This document shows positions 17,607 to 29,172 of a DNA stretch of 64,000 bases, one piece after another. Both the position numbers and the translations under genes were made by a program. The stretch lies in the IMG/VR virus record IMGVR_UViG_3300035210_000116; one strand, 5' to 3'. The DNA is from an uncultured virus (IMG/VR IMGVR_UViG_3300035210_000116) (taxonomy: Duplodnaviria; Heunggongvirae; Uroviricota; Caudoviricetes). The notes under the pieces are model-generated. The model was not told where the DNA came from. It did no database searches and was given only the letters and a program-made list of their open reading frames with translations. Positions within the stretch are counted from its first letter, which is position 1. Each line of letters begins with the position of its first letter.

Positions 17607-19077
17607 AAGTAAGTAATAGTACCACATTTTGTCACAATGTGGTACTACGGTTTCGCTCAATCCCGAATGAGCTCAACGTATTTGATATACTCGCCGAGCA
17701 CTTCGACAACGACATCTGCGTCGATGCTATCCCCGCTATTAACGTTTTTGCGTAGCCAAGTTTGAACGGCATACGGGAGAGCGTCTTCCTTGAAGCTCAA
17801 CACGACGCAGATTTCACCGTCCTCCGGAGGGTCAAACTCCCTGAAAAGAAGCTTATTCAGGTTTGCAACCAGGTCAGTCCCGTCATCGCACATGTCTTCG
17901 AAGAAGTCGTTATCTTCAGCGAATTCCAGAGCTGTGATAATCGCGGTCTTAAGCGTGGCGAGCTCGAGCTTTACACTATCGATCTCAGCGTTAAGATCAG
18001 CTTTATTCTTCTCAGCCATGTTGCTTCTCCGGGAACTTGCTGTAGAGCCAGGTGGCGGCATTGACCGGCCATTGGAGGGCGATCTTGAAGGAGTTTTGCG
18101 CCGAAATACCCTGGCTCTTGTGGATATAGCCACCACGAACGAGAGCGATGAAGGCATAGATTAAGAAAAGGTCGCCAAATGCGAACATAGTGTTGGATCT
18201 CAGGTTGTAGGTTGTGGGTTGTCAGGCAGCGAGTGCAGCAGCTGCTGCACCAGGGCCGTTGTCGCGGTCGTATAGCCGAGGATCGAGGCTATCGCCTTCA
18301 ATTTCGACTCTCATAACGCGGCCATGAACATAGTCAAAATAGTTGTATTGGTCTAACAGGCTTCTGGCTTCTTCCTCCGTCATGGGCGCAGGATCGAAGT
18401 GCAAGATATCCAGGCCAAGAGGCTTAGCCGCATCGTAGAGCTTGCGTAGAACATCTACCTTGTCAAGTCCAGAAATGTCGATGTCTGTCATTTGTTTGTT
18501 TCTCCAAGTAGGTTGTTTTACCGCGATACAAGTGACCAAGCTTTTGGTCATTTGTGCAGCCACTGGTTACTGCATAGCCTGCCTTATGAAGTTCGGCCCG
18601 AATGCTGAGTGGCAGCGCATCAGGCCAGCGAACAAAAGTCTTTTCTTGAACGATGGCTATTTTTATAGCATCTTTCAAGTCTTGCCGAGTTACATTCACC
18701 GAAAGCCTCGAAAGTTCGCGCGCTTCTTCAGCCGGTATGAATTCAGTTTCTAGCGCCATTTTTATTCACCACATTTAGGGTTGAAAAAAGCTAGCCCGAA
18801 GGCTAGCTAAGCTCGATCAGATGGTGCTCTTGTTGTGCGCCAGCGTTCTCTTTACCCGCTGGCACAGACCACGTAGACATTCATCGCTCAGCTTAAGCGT
18901 GTTGTTTCGTTTGCCGATGATAGGAATTGGCGGTGTCGTCGTATAGTCGATCCGGATCAGGAAGTTACCGCCTTTGGTTGTTTCCACGTAGCTCGTGACG
19001 GTCCCTACCAGTTCAGGGTATCCGTGCTTGAACATTGCTCGAAGCGCTTTTGCTTTTTTGGCGCGCATGATTATGAC

Positions 19078-19767
19078 CTAGATCTGAAGGAGAGTGGCAG
19101 CATTCATGGTGCCAGTTGCACTGATAGTCTTGCCGCCAGCACGACGGCTGGCAACATTAGACTGAAGGGCGCGGAAGTTAGGACCGGTATGTACACGATA
19201 CGCAATAGCTTGCGTTAAGGCAGCTGTCAGGGCCTCAGGTGTCTTGTTAACCGGCATGATGGGCGTGCTACTCGTCGCGTTCCAGGCGAATTGAATAGAA
19301 TCGCGGGCATGCGGAAAGAACGCGTCACGCTGCAACCCCATGCTCAAAACCGATTCGACGCACGCCGAAATCTCAGCGAATTCCAACTTGAATCCGGCGA
19401 TCTTATCACCCGTGATTTTGTGCTCGAACTCCGGGTGCATCACGACAATGCCGTCGGCTACCGCAAACATGGAAAACACGGGCGTTGCCGTCCCGTCAAT
19501 AAAGGCATCTTCTCCGTCGATTGCAACCTGAAGCTTGCGGACAATGGTTGCAATTTGAACGACGATCTTGTCCGCAAGCGCGTTGATAACATTCAGGGGC
19601 AGCAGCCCTCGGTCGCCACGGACAGCGACATCGCCGATGTGGGCCGTCTTCAGGGTGATATCCACCAGGGGAGTGCGAATAACCATTTCTTGGCTCGCAC
19701 CAATCTGGGTGATGGCGTCGATTTCAACAGGTTTGTCGTTCAGAATGTCGATCAGGAGGTTGGACAT
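19078..19767 (-). CDS. Hypothetical protein
   Basis: 229-aa ORF directly downstream of a class A hairpin motif (19803-19819). Confidence 0.65.
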   Translation of the reverse strand: MSNLLIDILNDKPVEIDAITQIGASQEMVIRTPLVDITLKTAHIGDVAVRGDRGLLPLNVINALADKIVVQIATIVRKLQVAIDGEDAFIDGTATPVFSMFAVADGIVVMHPEFEHKITGDKIAGFKLEFAEISACVESVLSMGLQRDAFFPHARDSIQFAWNATSSTPIMPVNKTPEALTAALTQAIAYRVHTGPNFRALQSNVASRRAGGKTISATGTMNAATLLQI

Positions 19768-19822
19768 AGGGTACTCGATGAGATAGAGTGATCAGAAAAA
19801 CGATTAAGCGCGACAGCGCACT

Positions 19823-20062
19823 CTAAGACGTTTTCTTTTTCACAAGATCAGCCACAGTCTTTTCGATGTCGGACATAATCTTCCAAGAGCTGATGTCGTC
19901 ATCTGTAATAGTTATGCCGAAGGTGACTTCAAGATCGTCGGCATACTCGCAGAGTTCTTCATCACTCAAATACAGATAGTCTTCCAAAGACTCTGTTGGT
20001 TTTATACTACCAGGGAAACAGAAGAGAAAATCTTCCATTAAAGTATATACTGTTTCATTCAC
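19823..20062 (-). CDS. Acyl carrier protein-like acidic protein
   Basis: I.PT.SL..L.L....L.E....LE..FGITI.DDD......DI spacing matches ACP; canonical DSL is absent. Confidence 0.6.
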   Translation of the reverse strand: MNETVYTLMEDFLFCFPGSIKPTESLEDYLYLSDEELCEYADDLEVTFGITITDDDISSWKIMSDIEKTVADLVKKKTS

Positions 20063-20397
20063 AGTGCTTCTCCACGCTTAACATGGTTGAGCATGTTGCT
20101 CATTTGTTTAAGGCATCTATTGCTTGGCAATATTCGCCATATTTAGGGTCTTTGTAAGATTTGCAATTACAATACCAGTCTTTCATTTCCGAGCGTGTAC
20201 AAGTTTTTCCTTTTGCTTTACCATCTGTCGCTGATCCGCCCTTGTTAACTTTTTTCACCAAACGACGGGAGGTTGTTTTGTTTGGCGTATTCTTTATGGT
20301 CTTGGTTATACCTAATTCAGCCATGGTTAGCTCCGCGGTTAAAGTGAAAGCCTCAATAGAAGCTCAACAAGATCTCTAGTCTTGTTGAGCTTCGTTA

Positions 20398-22287
20398 TTA
20401 TACCAGAGTCAAACATACACGACAAGAGTTTGGAGAGGCCCTTATTACCTCAACATTTACTTTTTCGTGTCCGTCTGTAAAACGGTGGAACTCTGCCGCT
20501 GTTGCAGGAATGGGCTTCAAGTCCGCTACCTTGTATGCGCCATTCACCCATCCAGTATCGCAGATCATGGTGATCAATCTCGCAGTTTGTTTGCCAAACC
20601 GTTGGAAAAGCTCCGGGGGGGCAAACCTCGCGCTAAGACGAGGCGGGCCGAACGCGATCAAAGCGATGTTGGCATCTTCGGTGGAGAATTTCTCTCCACC
20701 AATCGAACCCGTCAAACTGGCAATCTCAAACTGCCCACGTATCGTTCTAAGCTGTTCGATCAGATCGGCCTTATAGCCTTCACGTAGCGCTTCATCTTCG
20801 ATCTCTTCTGCACCAGCGGCTTCTCCGAGGTCGGATGCCAAAGTGCGGTAATTCAGGGCTAGGCTCTTCATTGCCGAAGCGGCAAGCGGATTACAGGCCG
20901 CTCTTGCACCTTCTAGGATCGAGTTTGGTAGGCGAGCATTAGCCTGGTTACGAAAGAACTCCACGTCTGTGAAGAGTTGGTTTAGTACCAGGGCGCGATT
21001 GGCCAGGGCGTGCTCGAATAGCGTACCCTCATCCCAGGTACCGATTTCTACAGCATTTATCAAGGCGATCCATGCCAGGCGCTTGTTCTCTAGTCCTCCG
21101 ACGTTTTTGAGCTTGTTGATAAAGTCCGTGATAAATGGCTTTTCAGCCCCATGTTGTCGAACCAATTCCATCAACATGAGGAACTGAGACTCGACTGTTG
21201 CGTTATCGACCGGATGTTTCTTAGCCTGTACCGACGCTTGAGCGACGCCTGCCAATATGCCGCGCAGATGTTCGTCGGCCAGACCGCGTTCGATCAGCCG
21301 CATAGCAGCGAGGATAGTAGGACCTAGCCTACCTGTCACTGTCGATGCAGCAGCTTCGATCATTTGTTTACCGACGTCGTCAGAGGCGTATTGCTTTGCT
21401 TCAGGAGCCAAATAGTCCGGTCTGGATACGGCTCCCTTGGGAAGCAAGACCGCGCTTGGGGCGTAAATTACCCCATTATCCCCATCGAAATCTCCACCTC
21501 CGGCTTTCCAGTGTTTGGAAGCTGGGTTAAGGATGATGCCATAGATAGCACGAACGGTATCATCGAGCCATTCCAGCACACCAGTGTACATTGCCGGATA
21601 CATGGATGTCCCGTCTGGCAAAGCTGGATCACGGTGAATCAGGAACCACCGGCCCATCAGTTCATGCGGCTTGACACCGAGTTGCTTCGCCAATTTGAGG
21701 GCTGAGCCCTTCAGTAGCATGAAGCACGGAAACTCTTGATGTTCAAACCTCTCATCATAGGCACCAAAGCGCTCGGATGGAGTACTTGGCACCAGGGTTG
21801 AGCCGTAAATGATGGCTCTTATTCCAGGCGTTTCCAAGCGGTTAAAAGCATCCCATGGCGCGAGTTGATCAAGCAGAAGGGCTGGCGGGACACCAAATTC
21901 GATCTTTAGCTTGCTGTCACGGCCGAGAAGGTCGAGCGCGGTTTTTGTAGTATACCGCAAGGAGTCTTGGTCGAGAAGAGCAGCGGGATCCTTTGCGCTG
22001 AACGAAACGGTCTGCAAGGCCAAGCGGCAACGTTGCTCTCCGATTTCACCTAATTTGTGAAATTTTCCGCTCCCCCCTAGCGGCTTGCCGAAGCCAGCCT
22101 CGTCGCACTTCATCTCCTCTTCATACTCTCCCGTACGGGGATTGTATAGCAACGGACGAACAATTCCCTTGGCTATGGTAATTGCCCCATCTACGGCTGT
22201 TGAGATGAACGTTCCCTGGGCTGGCTCGGAAACACGTGGCCCTAGATATAATGTTCCATCATTTTCGGAACTTTTGAAGCTTTTCAT
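20398..22287 (-). CDS. Putative two-barrel (DPBB) RNA polymerase, YonO/cellular RdRP-like
   Basis: LIHRDPAL...IILNP...GGGDFDGDNG catalytic-type motif with upstream RxP. Confidence 0.75.
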   Translation of the reverse strand: MKSFKSSENDGTLYLGPRVSEPAQGTFISTAVDGAITIAKGIVRPLLYNPRTGEYEEEMKCDEAGFGKPLGGSGKFHKLGEIGEQRCRLALQTVSFSAKDPAALLDQDSLRYTTKTALDLLGRDSKLKIEFGVPPALLLDQLAPWDAFNRLETPGIRAIIYGSTLVPSTPSERFGAYDERFEHQEFPCFMLLKGSALKLAKQLGVKPHELMGRWFLIHRDPALPDGTSMYPAMYTGVLEWLDDTVRAIYGIILNPASKHWKAGGGDFDGDNGVIYAPSAVLLPKGAVSRPDYLAPEAKQYASDDVGKQMIEAAASTVTGRLGPTILAAMRLIERGLADEHLRGILAGVAQASVQAKKHPVDNATVESQFLMLMELVRQHGAEKPFITDFINKLKNVGGLENKRLAWIALINAVEIGTWDEGTLFEHALANRALVLNQLFTDVEFFRNQANARLPNSILEGARAACNPLAASAMKSLALNYRTLASDLGEAAGAEEIEDEALREGYKADLIEQLRTIRGQFEIASLTGSIGGEKFSTEDANIALIAFGPPRLSARFAPPELFQRFGKQTARLITMICDTGWVNGAYKVADLKPIPATAAEFHRFTDGHEKVNVEVIRASPNSCRVCLTLV

Positions 22288-23753
22288 ACATGACTCTTTT
22301 AGTCGTCGTACTGTTAGTCTTCTCTTGGTTCTTGCCTTTCACGAGGCGCTGGTAAAGGCCGTTTATCTCTCCGGGCTTGTCGCCTATTTTTCTCATTTTC
22401 TTTCTTGGATTCTTTGATTTCCATCCATTCTTCTGTGCGCGGTTTTCTCATAGTAGTTGTAAAGCAAGAAGTGGAATTCCAAGCGCAAATGCGACTAACC
22501 AGCCGAGTCTAAAGAGGTCCCCAAGCTGTTGAAAATTAAGTGCAGATATATTACGTGTCGATATAAACAAACAGAAAGCCATGAGGGCTAAAACAAATAG
22601 TGCAAACATCTCAGTATCCTGGGTGAACGTAGTCTAGTCGTGGGTCATCGAAATAATCGTCCGTGTCATCGGGTTCTTCTTTTTTAATCTTTTTTGGTAA
22701 TGGATAATCAGGTGGCCCATCAATCCATGTGGCCTCCCATTCCTTGTATGCTTGAGTGAAAGTTTGTTGCATTTTTCAAAGTATTCCATTGGTTAAGAAT
22801 CCTATCGATTCTTATAAGTGGGAGGCCACCCACTCTTTCAAGTGTGTAGCGATCCTAGACGAGGACGACTACTAGGTCGTCCATGAACTAGGTATCTGGT
22901 TCTCCAAGACGCTTTGGAATCATAGGCCAGAGTCCATACAGCCATAAGCTGCGTGTTCCCAATGCGCCCACAAACGGCCGATGGCGGCGGATTGCGGTTG
23001 GGCATCGCCCTCAAGGACCATGCTGTCATAGGCAAGCACCAGGAGGAGGTCATCGACGCAGAATTGGTTGTTGTAATACACAGTAGTTCTTCTTTATTGA
23101 TTGGGCGAGCGAGTGTTCTTTTAAGGCTAGTATACGCTCTATTGGCCAGAGTTTCTAGTCCAAATCCAATTCTTCGCTCGATGATCCGGGCCGCCGAAGC
23201 AGGATAGCGACACGGAGAAAGTTGCGAGATCCAAAAGCTGCGAAAACCTCCTCAGGATCCTTGCAAAAATAGGCCCGCTCATCGGCCATTCCCACCGGGT
23301 ATAGGCCAAGGCACTCGCAGGCTTCAAGTATGATTGCAACAATCTCGGGGGAAAAACCTTCCTCAGATTTCGCTATTTTGATCTTGTAGCGATCTACCAG
23401 GGGCCTGAATCGTTGGGGTTCTGCCCGTGCATACACCTGATCCATTATACCCTGGTCACCAGGAAGTGGGGTGGTCGTGTATACGATACAAGCTGAAGCC
23501 GTTTGCCTGAAGACTTCCGCCCTTTTAGCCTCGTATAGCAGCATGGCCCTATCTGCTTGTTTGCCCTCTTTCATGGCGTTTCCGATCTCTGCCCAAATCC
23601 TCGCGGCAGGAATACGGTTATTGTCTAACAGCACACCCGGATGACCCCACGTAGTCACCGGAATGGAAAGAACACTCGTGCCGTCGGTAATCTCAAGGAT
23701 GTTGTCATTGATCGCTTCTGTTATTCGCATCTTACACCTTGTTTTGCGGGGAA

Positions 23754-23929
23754 GATTTGTAATGTAAAAACCAACCAAACTAGAACCGTAGACTTGTTAT
23801 TGTTTTTTAGAAAAAAAACTTTAACTCTTTTAGAAAAACTACTTACAACTTCTTTTCTTTACTAAGAGCAAAAGAATCAATGACTTATGGGTGTAAGCGA
23901 GAATCATTCTAGATTACACGCTTACACCC
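23754..23929. repeat. Dispersed ~170-bp AT-rich repeat, copy 2 of 3
   Basis: Close match to 8899-9072. Confidence 0.9.
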
Positions 23930-25179
23930 ATGATTACGCTCGTGTTTCTAACCAGAGCGTAAACCCTGGCTGGACCACAATCCATAGAATCAAAGCCAAG
24001 GCTAATGCATCCATATCACCCCGCCCGGTTCAAAACCAGATTATCGACCGCTTGGTAAAAGGCGATCAGCAGACCGGTGTGGCTGTTGAAGGTGTCGTTG
24101 GTGCCGCAGACTGCGTGGCCCGAACCAACGGACAGGGTATCGTCTTTCTCCCGATACTGGACAGCGACGAAAGTCGTCCGGTCTTCGACATCAATGACGA
24201 TGTCGGTAATGACGATATCGTAGGCTTCCAGATCTTTGGCGGTGGTCTTGTATCCATTGGTTGAGCGACGGAGTGCTTCCTGCGCGTGGCGCTTCAGATC
24301 AAAGCCCTGTTGAGTGGCCCGGGACTTGGCCTTCTTCAGGCGACGACGCAGGTCGACGTTGGTCTGCTCCAGGTCATCGGCGCGGGTTACTTGGCGCCAG
24401 TAACGCTGTTCATAGGCCTCTGCGCGCTCTTCGCTGACAGCAGCGTCGGCTTGAGCTTGGGCGGCTAATTGGTAAGCAACTCGTGCTTTGACTTCATTCA
24501 AGACGGCTTCTTCGGAAACGTGGGACATTTTGTGTTCTCTTCGGTTAAACAGACAATTAAGCGCGACAGCGCTATTCATAGATCTCTATGGCTCTCTTTA
24601 GGACCTCTTTTAGAGTGCCTTCAGCAGCGAGTATCGCTGGATACAGTACGATGGAGCGACTGTTTGCCCACCGGTCAAAGGAGAGGCTGTTGGCTAAATG
24701 GATCTCGGTGGTGTCACTATTGTTACCACCGGAGCCGAGATGAACCATAATCTCGCAGTTTCCGATATGTCTGTGGATACTGGATCTATCACTGTCATAC
24801 CAACCAAGTACGAAATCCAGAATTTGGTTTATTGCGTCTTTCTTCTTCATTTGGCGCTCCAAACAGACAGTTCAACGCTTCACTCAAAGATCTCTACGGC
24901 CCTCTTTAGGATCTCCTTAGCAAGCGGACCGTGATCGTAGATCGTTGGAAGCAAGATCATGGCTCGACTGGCAGACCAGCCTTGCCATCCTACCACGCTG
25001 GCTATGTGGATTTTGTTCTTGTAAACGGCCAAGCGACAGTTACCGACTGTGCATTCAAACCTCTCAGCGGACTTACTGGAAAAGAGTGCTCCGTGCAACA
25101 GTTTTCGTATTGCCTTTTTCTTTTTCATCTTTGATTCTCGCTGCTATTGGCCCGTCAGTAGAACCTAAAATTGTGGGTG

Positions 25180-25253
25180 TGGGGGGCCCGGGAGTCGAAC
25201 CCGGACCTTAGCAGCTTAAGTGGCTGCGATACTTGCCGTTGTACGAACCCCCC
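25180..25253 (-). tRNA. tRNA-Lys(CTT)-like, atypical A at position 33
   Basis: GGGGGGT/GCCCCCC acceptor, GCAGC-CACTTAA-GCTGC, CCGGG-TTCGACT-CCCGG. Confidence 0.65.
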
Positions 25254-25375
25254 TTTGTTGATGTAGCATAGCAGATGCAGTACCATTGCCGTACTGTTTT
25301 GCTTCAAAGTACCCACTTCTATAGAGCGTAGTATAAGGATATTCTGGCTCTATTTTCATGGATATACCTGTATTT

Positions 25376-25451
25376 TGAGACGCCTCGGATTCGAACCGAG
25401 GACCTATTCCTTAAAGGGGAACTGCTACTAACCAGGCTGAGCTAGCGTCTC
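25376..25451 (-). tRNA. tRNA-Lys(TTT), atypical C at position 33
   Basis: GTTCC-CCTTTAA-GGAAT anticodon arm, canonical T arm. Confidence 0.8.
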
Positions 25452-25467
25452 GTTGAAAAAATGTTCA

Positions 25468-25541
25468 TGGGCCGGGAAGGATTCGAACCTCCGATCTAGA
25501 AATTATGAGTTTCTTGGCTTAGGCCACTAGCCAACCGGCCC
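25468..25541 (-). tRNA. tRNA with CAT anticodon (Ile2 or elongator Met)
   Basis: AGAAA-CTCATAA-TTTCT anticodon arm, GGGCCGG/CCGGCCC-A acceptor. Confidence 0.85.
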
Positions 25542-27105
25542 TATTTAATCAGTATTTGACCCTCACACGAAAGTGAGGCAGCGGGCAGCGTTACATCTAT
25601 ACAGACCAACGCTGCAATCATTGCCATTATGAAGATAGCAACTAACCATTTGTTCATAGTAGCACCAGTACAAGCACCAAGATCCAGGCTATTAGCCCAT
25701 ACCACGCTGGGGTCCAATTAATGGACAAGTCTTCGTTGACGTCTATTGAGCGCTGGCGTTGAGCTTCTACGCTGTTGCTGAAGCGGTGCCAGAGTTTATA
25801 CGTAAACTGCAACGCCATCAGAAGCAAGCACACGACAGCTAGCGCCGTGATAGCAATTGTGCAAGCCAATAGCAGCCAATCGAACATATTATTTCCGGAC
25901 GATCACGTTACCGCGAAGTAGGATCAGGGTGATTAAAGAGGCAAACCAGGAAGTACTGGTAAGGCCAACGCCGGTCGCAAACAGCGTGCTCGTCGACCAC
26001 ACGAGCAAAGCGGGGACCAGCCAGACCAAGAAAAGGAGGATCGCCCCCACCACAATTATTGCAGCGCCGTTGGTTACAGATGACTTCGAACGCTGTGCGT
26101 TGAAAGCTTGTCGGAATTTCGTGTTCATATATTACCTCGCTATTTTTTGAAGGCCCAGAAAACCCGGGGCTTTAAATTTCGACCTATTCTACCACAGCGT
26201 CAACAGCCTCTCAAAGCCCTGCTTTTCCTGCCATTACAAACCTCCAAAGGAAAGGTCTTGTTATCTCGGCTATCGTTAGGAATATTGCACCAGTCGGCGC
26301 GAGCTGCCCTGTTAGCAGCACTCCTGGCCTTGCATCCGTTAAATGCGTCCTTCTTGGTCTTGCCAGGTTTGCGGACGAACTTTTCGTCGCGAACACGGAT
26401 ATCGGTCATGTTATGTTGCTTCTGTTTTTGCCGCGGGGTTGATAGGGAACACGTTGGTGCTTGATAACATTTCGTGTCCAGGTTTGCGTAAAAGCATTAC
26501 GCGTTTCGTACTTGTAAAGTAGTCGACGTCGACTGGGACAGCGATGTCGCCAAGTTGAAACTCTGCCGGAGCTGGAGGGTCGTTCCCATACGCAACTTCC
26601 AGATTGACGAGAGCAGTGACTATCTGATGGACCTTTATGATCGTAGCATGATAGTCGTCACCACAGATGGACTCCCCAACAAAATTGCGGGGAAGGAATT
26701 CGTAGAACCCATTAGTCGTGTTTAAGACGCATGGATAAAGTAATGTACTTCTCACATCTCACCTCCATGGGGTGGGTCGGGCGGGGAGCAGAAAAAATAA
26801 CTAGGCAGATTCCCTGGTAGAAACTAAAGTTTACTAACATAAGGCCGCCGTTATGACGCCATTGGTCAATCCACGGTGGTGTAGCAGAAACAGAAGTTTG
26901 TCTATCTCGCCAATCCTTCAAAGTTACATGTTTCATCCTGAAGGTTCGCGCCATGAGCAGCACCTCTATAACAGAAAAGAAAAAACAATTAAGCGCGACA
27001 GCGCACTCCTAAAACTCCCTTTTTCTCTTTCGCGAAGCGTTTTGTCGCACCACAGCTCACCAGGGTGAAAATCAAGCAAACTTCCTTGTCACCGATAAAC
27101 TCCTG

Positions 27106-29172
27106 TTATTTTCCAAAGAGATCCTGAAGCATTTTTTCCTGTTGAATTTCTATCACCTCAAAACGAACACGTTGAAGATTTATACGAAACTCGTCGGGCA
27201 AATCAGCAACTTCATCCTCCGTCAAAAGTGCCAAACTGAGATCTTCTTTGAAACGTAAAAAACTAGTGCAGAAAGCACAAATAGTAATGTCTCCAGGTTC
27301 AGGTCTATACGTGACACCAGGTTTCCCCATCAAAGATTCCATAGGTACAGCAGCCGTAATAGCTTGCTTACATACAGGACAAACAGCATTAGCCATAAAA
27401 TAGGATTTCTTGCGGGTCATAAATAACTTCATAGAATTAAACAAGGAGAGATATATATTGATGGTTGTCGTCCGTACTTACATATATAACGATTTAATTC
27501 GATCAATAACCTCCCTTACTGCTTGAATAGCCATTCGAAACTCATCTGGCAAATCAAGGATTTCTTGCTCCGTTATAAGTCGAAGTTTCATATCATCCTC
27601 AAAAACGAGAAAACTAGCGCATTCTACGCATATTGTGACATCGCCAGGAATAACCTGCCTATTTTTGCCGACAAGAACACTATTCAAACGTGCTTGACAA
27701 ACAGGACAAAGACTGGTAGGAGTACTGAGAACTTTACAAAGTTTTTCAAACATAACAGCCTCTCATTGACGTAAGTACAGTTCCATCCGCCTGCGGCAGA
27801 CAGAACCGCACTATTATTTGGAAGATACCAAGTGTTTAAAACGCTGGTAAGCATAACTGACGATAAAAACAGCTAAAGCTTCAGCGCTTTCTAAGCCATT
27901 CCGTTTGACAAAATCTGAACCGTGAAGTTCATCACGGCAAGTTATCAGAGCGTCAAAGGCAATCCGATCATCTCTGGTCTTTATCACCCTTTGCATGTCC
28001 CACTGATCAGCAGCAGCATTCAAATCCTCGCGGTCTCCGCGAAGGCCAATATAGGCAAATCGACGACAGTCGAATTCGCGGCAACTGGCGGGACGGATAG
28101 GATAAATGCTGCAATGATCTTCAATCAGATAAGAACATGTACCATCTTTTGTACGGGGTAAAACACGCGGAAACATCGTACCCGCGGTAACTTCCAAAGC
28201 CGAGTTATCGGTAGGAAGCACTTCAATTTCATAGCCATGACAGCAAGCGGTACAAGTACCACAAGGAACATTGTTGCTGAAAGGACGACGGTCAATATAC
28301 GCTTGGAAAACGGCATTCGTATGTCGTAACCAAGACGCGACGGAACCTGGGTACTTAGTACCTGGAAGAGCCGGAGCAGTCATAGATCCTCCTAATGACG
28401 TTTAGTAGCATTAACAGCAGTGCGAAGTCTCTGCATAAGTATGCGCATCGAATCTTTCAACCCCACGATCTCAACTTCGGTCATAAGTTTGAGCCTATAA
28501 TCAGTGTCTAAAATAAGAAAAGAACCGCAACTAAAGCATACGCTATGGTTACCCGGTTCCGGTTCTTGAACAGCAAGCGCCAGTTTGTACTTAGTACTAC
28601 AAACTGGACAAAAAGTATCTATGGCTTTAATAGACATGACTTTACCTCATTCAGTGTTTATCACATTCTCGGCGAGCTTGCATCATCTCAATACGAATCT
28701 GATCTGGAAGTTCAACGACCTCATCTTCGGTCATAACTCGAAGCTTGAGATCGTTATCAAAAACCAAGAAACTACCACACTTACCGCAAATACCGGGATT
28801 ACCGGGTTTTACGGCTTCGAAGTAAACAGTTGCTATAGCCAGATTCAAAGAGTACTCGCACACAGGGCAAGTATCGTTTATATCAAGCTTCGCAGGATGC
28901 TCAATAGCCATTATCTGAGCACGAAAACTCACAAGCTTTCTGGAAAACCATCGGGGGAGATTAAGAACCTCCGATTCAGTTATAACCCTAAGGTTCATTT
29001 GCTGATCAAAAACTAGGATATTTCCACAGAAATTACACATAGCAATGTCATTAGGTCGAACGGAAGACCCGTCTGTCGAAATAGCCGTGTTAATATACTT
29101 GTGGCACGCTGGACATTCAGTACTGGGAAAAGAGCCTGCAAATAGCATGATACTTACCTCATAATGTGACAA
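27106..29172 (-). CDS. Cluster of four paralogous zinc-ribbon genes (27106-27444, 27478-27753, 28392-28637, 28651-29172, the last with two domains)
   Basis: Repeated CPxC...PG/PND..xCxxC.SFL.F..D..L.L.TE.E...LP...R. Confidence 0.8.
27814..28383 (-). CDS. YkgJ-like CxxCxxCC cysteine-cluster protein
   Basis: CGTCTACC...GTCSYL...CSIYPIRPASCREFDC. Confidence 0.85.
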   Translation of the reverse strand: MTAPALPGTKYPGSVASWLRHTNAVFQAYIDRRPFSNNVPCGTCTACCHGYEIEVLPTDNSALEVTAGTMFPRVLPRTKDGTCSYLIEDHCSIYPIRPASCREFDCRRFAYIGLRGDREDLNAAADQWDMQRVIKTRDDRIAFDALITCRDELHGSDFVKRNGLESAEALAVFIVSYAYQRFKHLVSSK

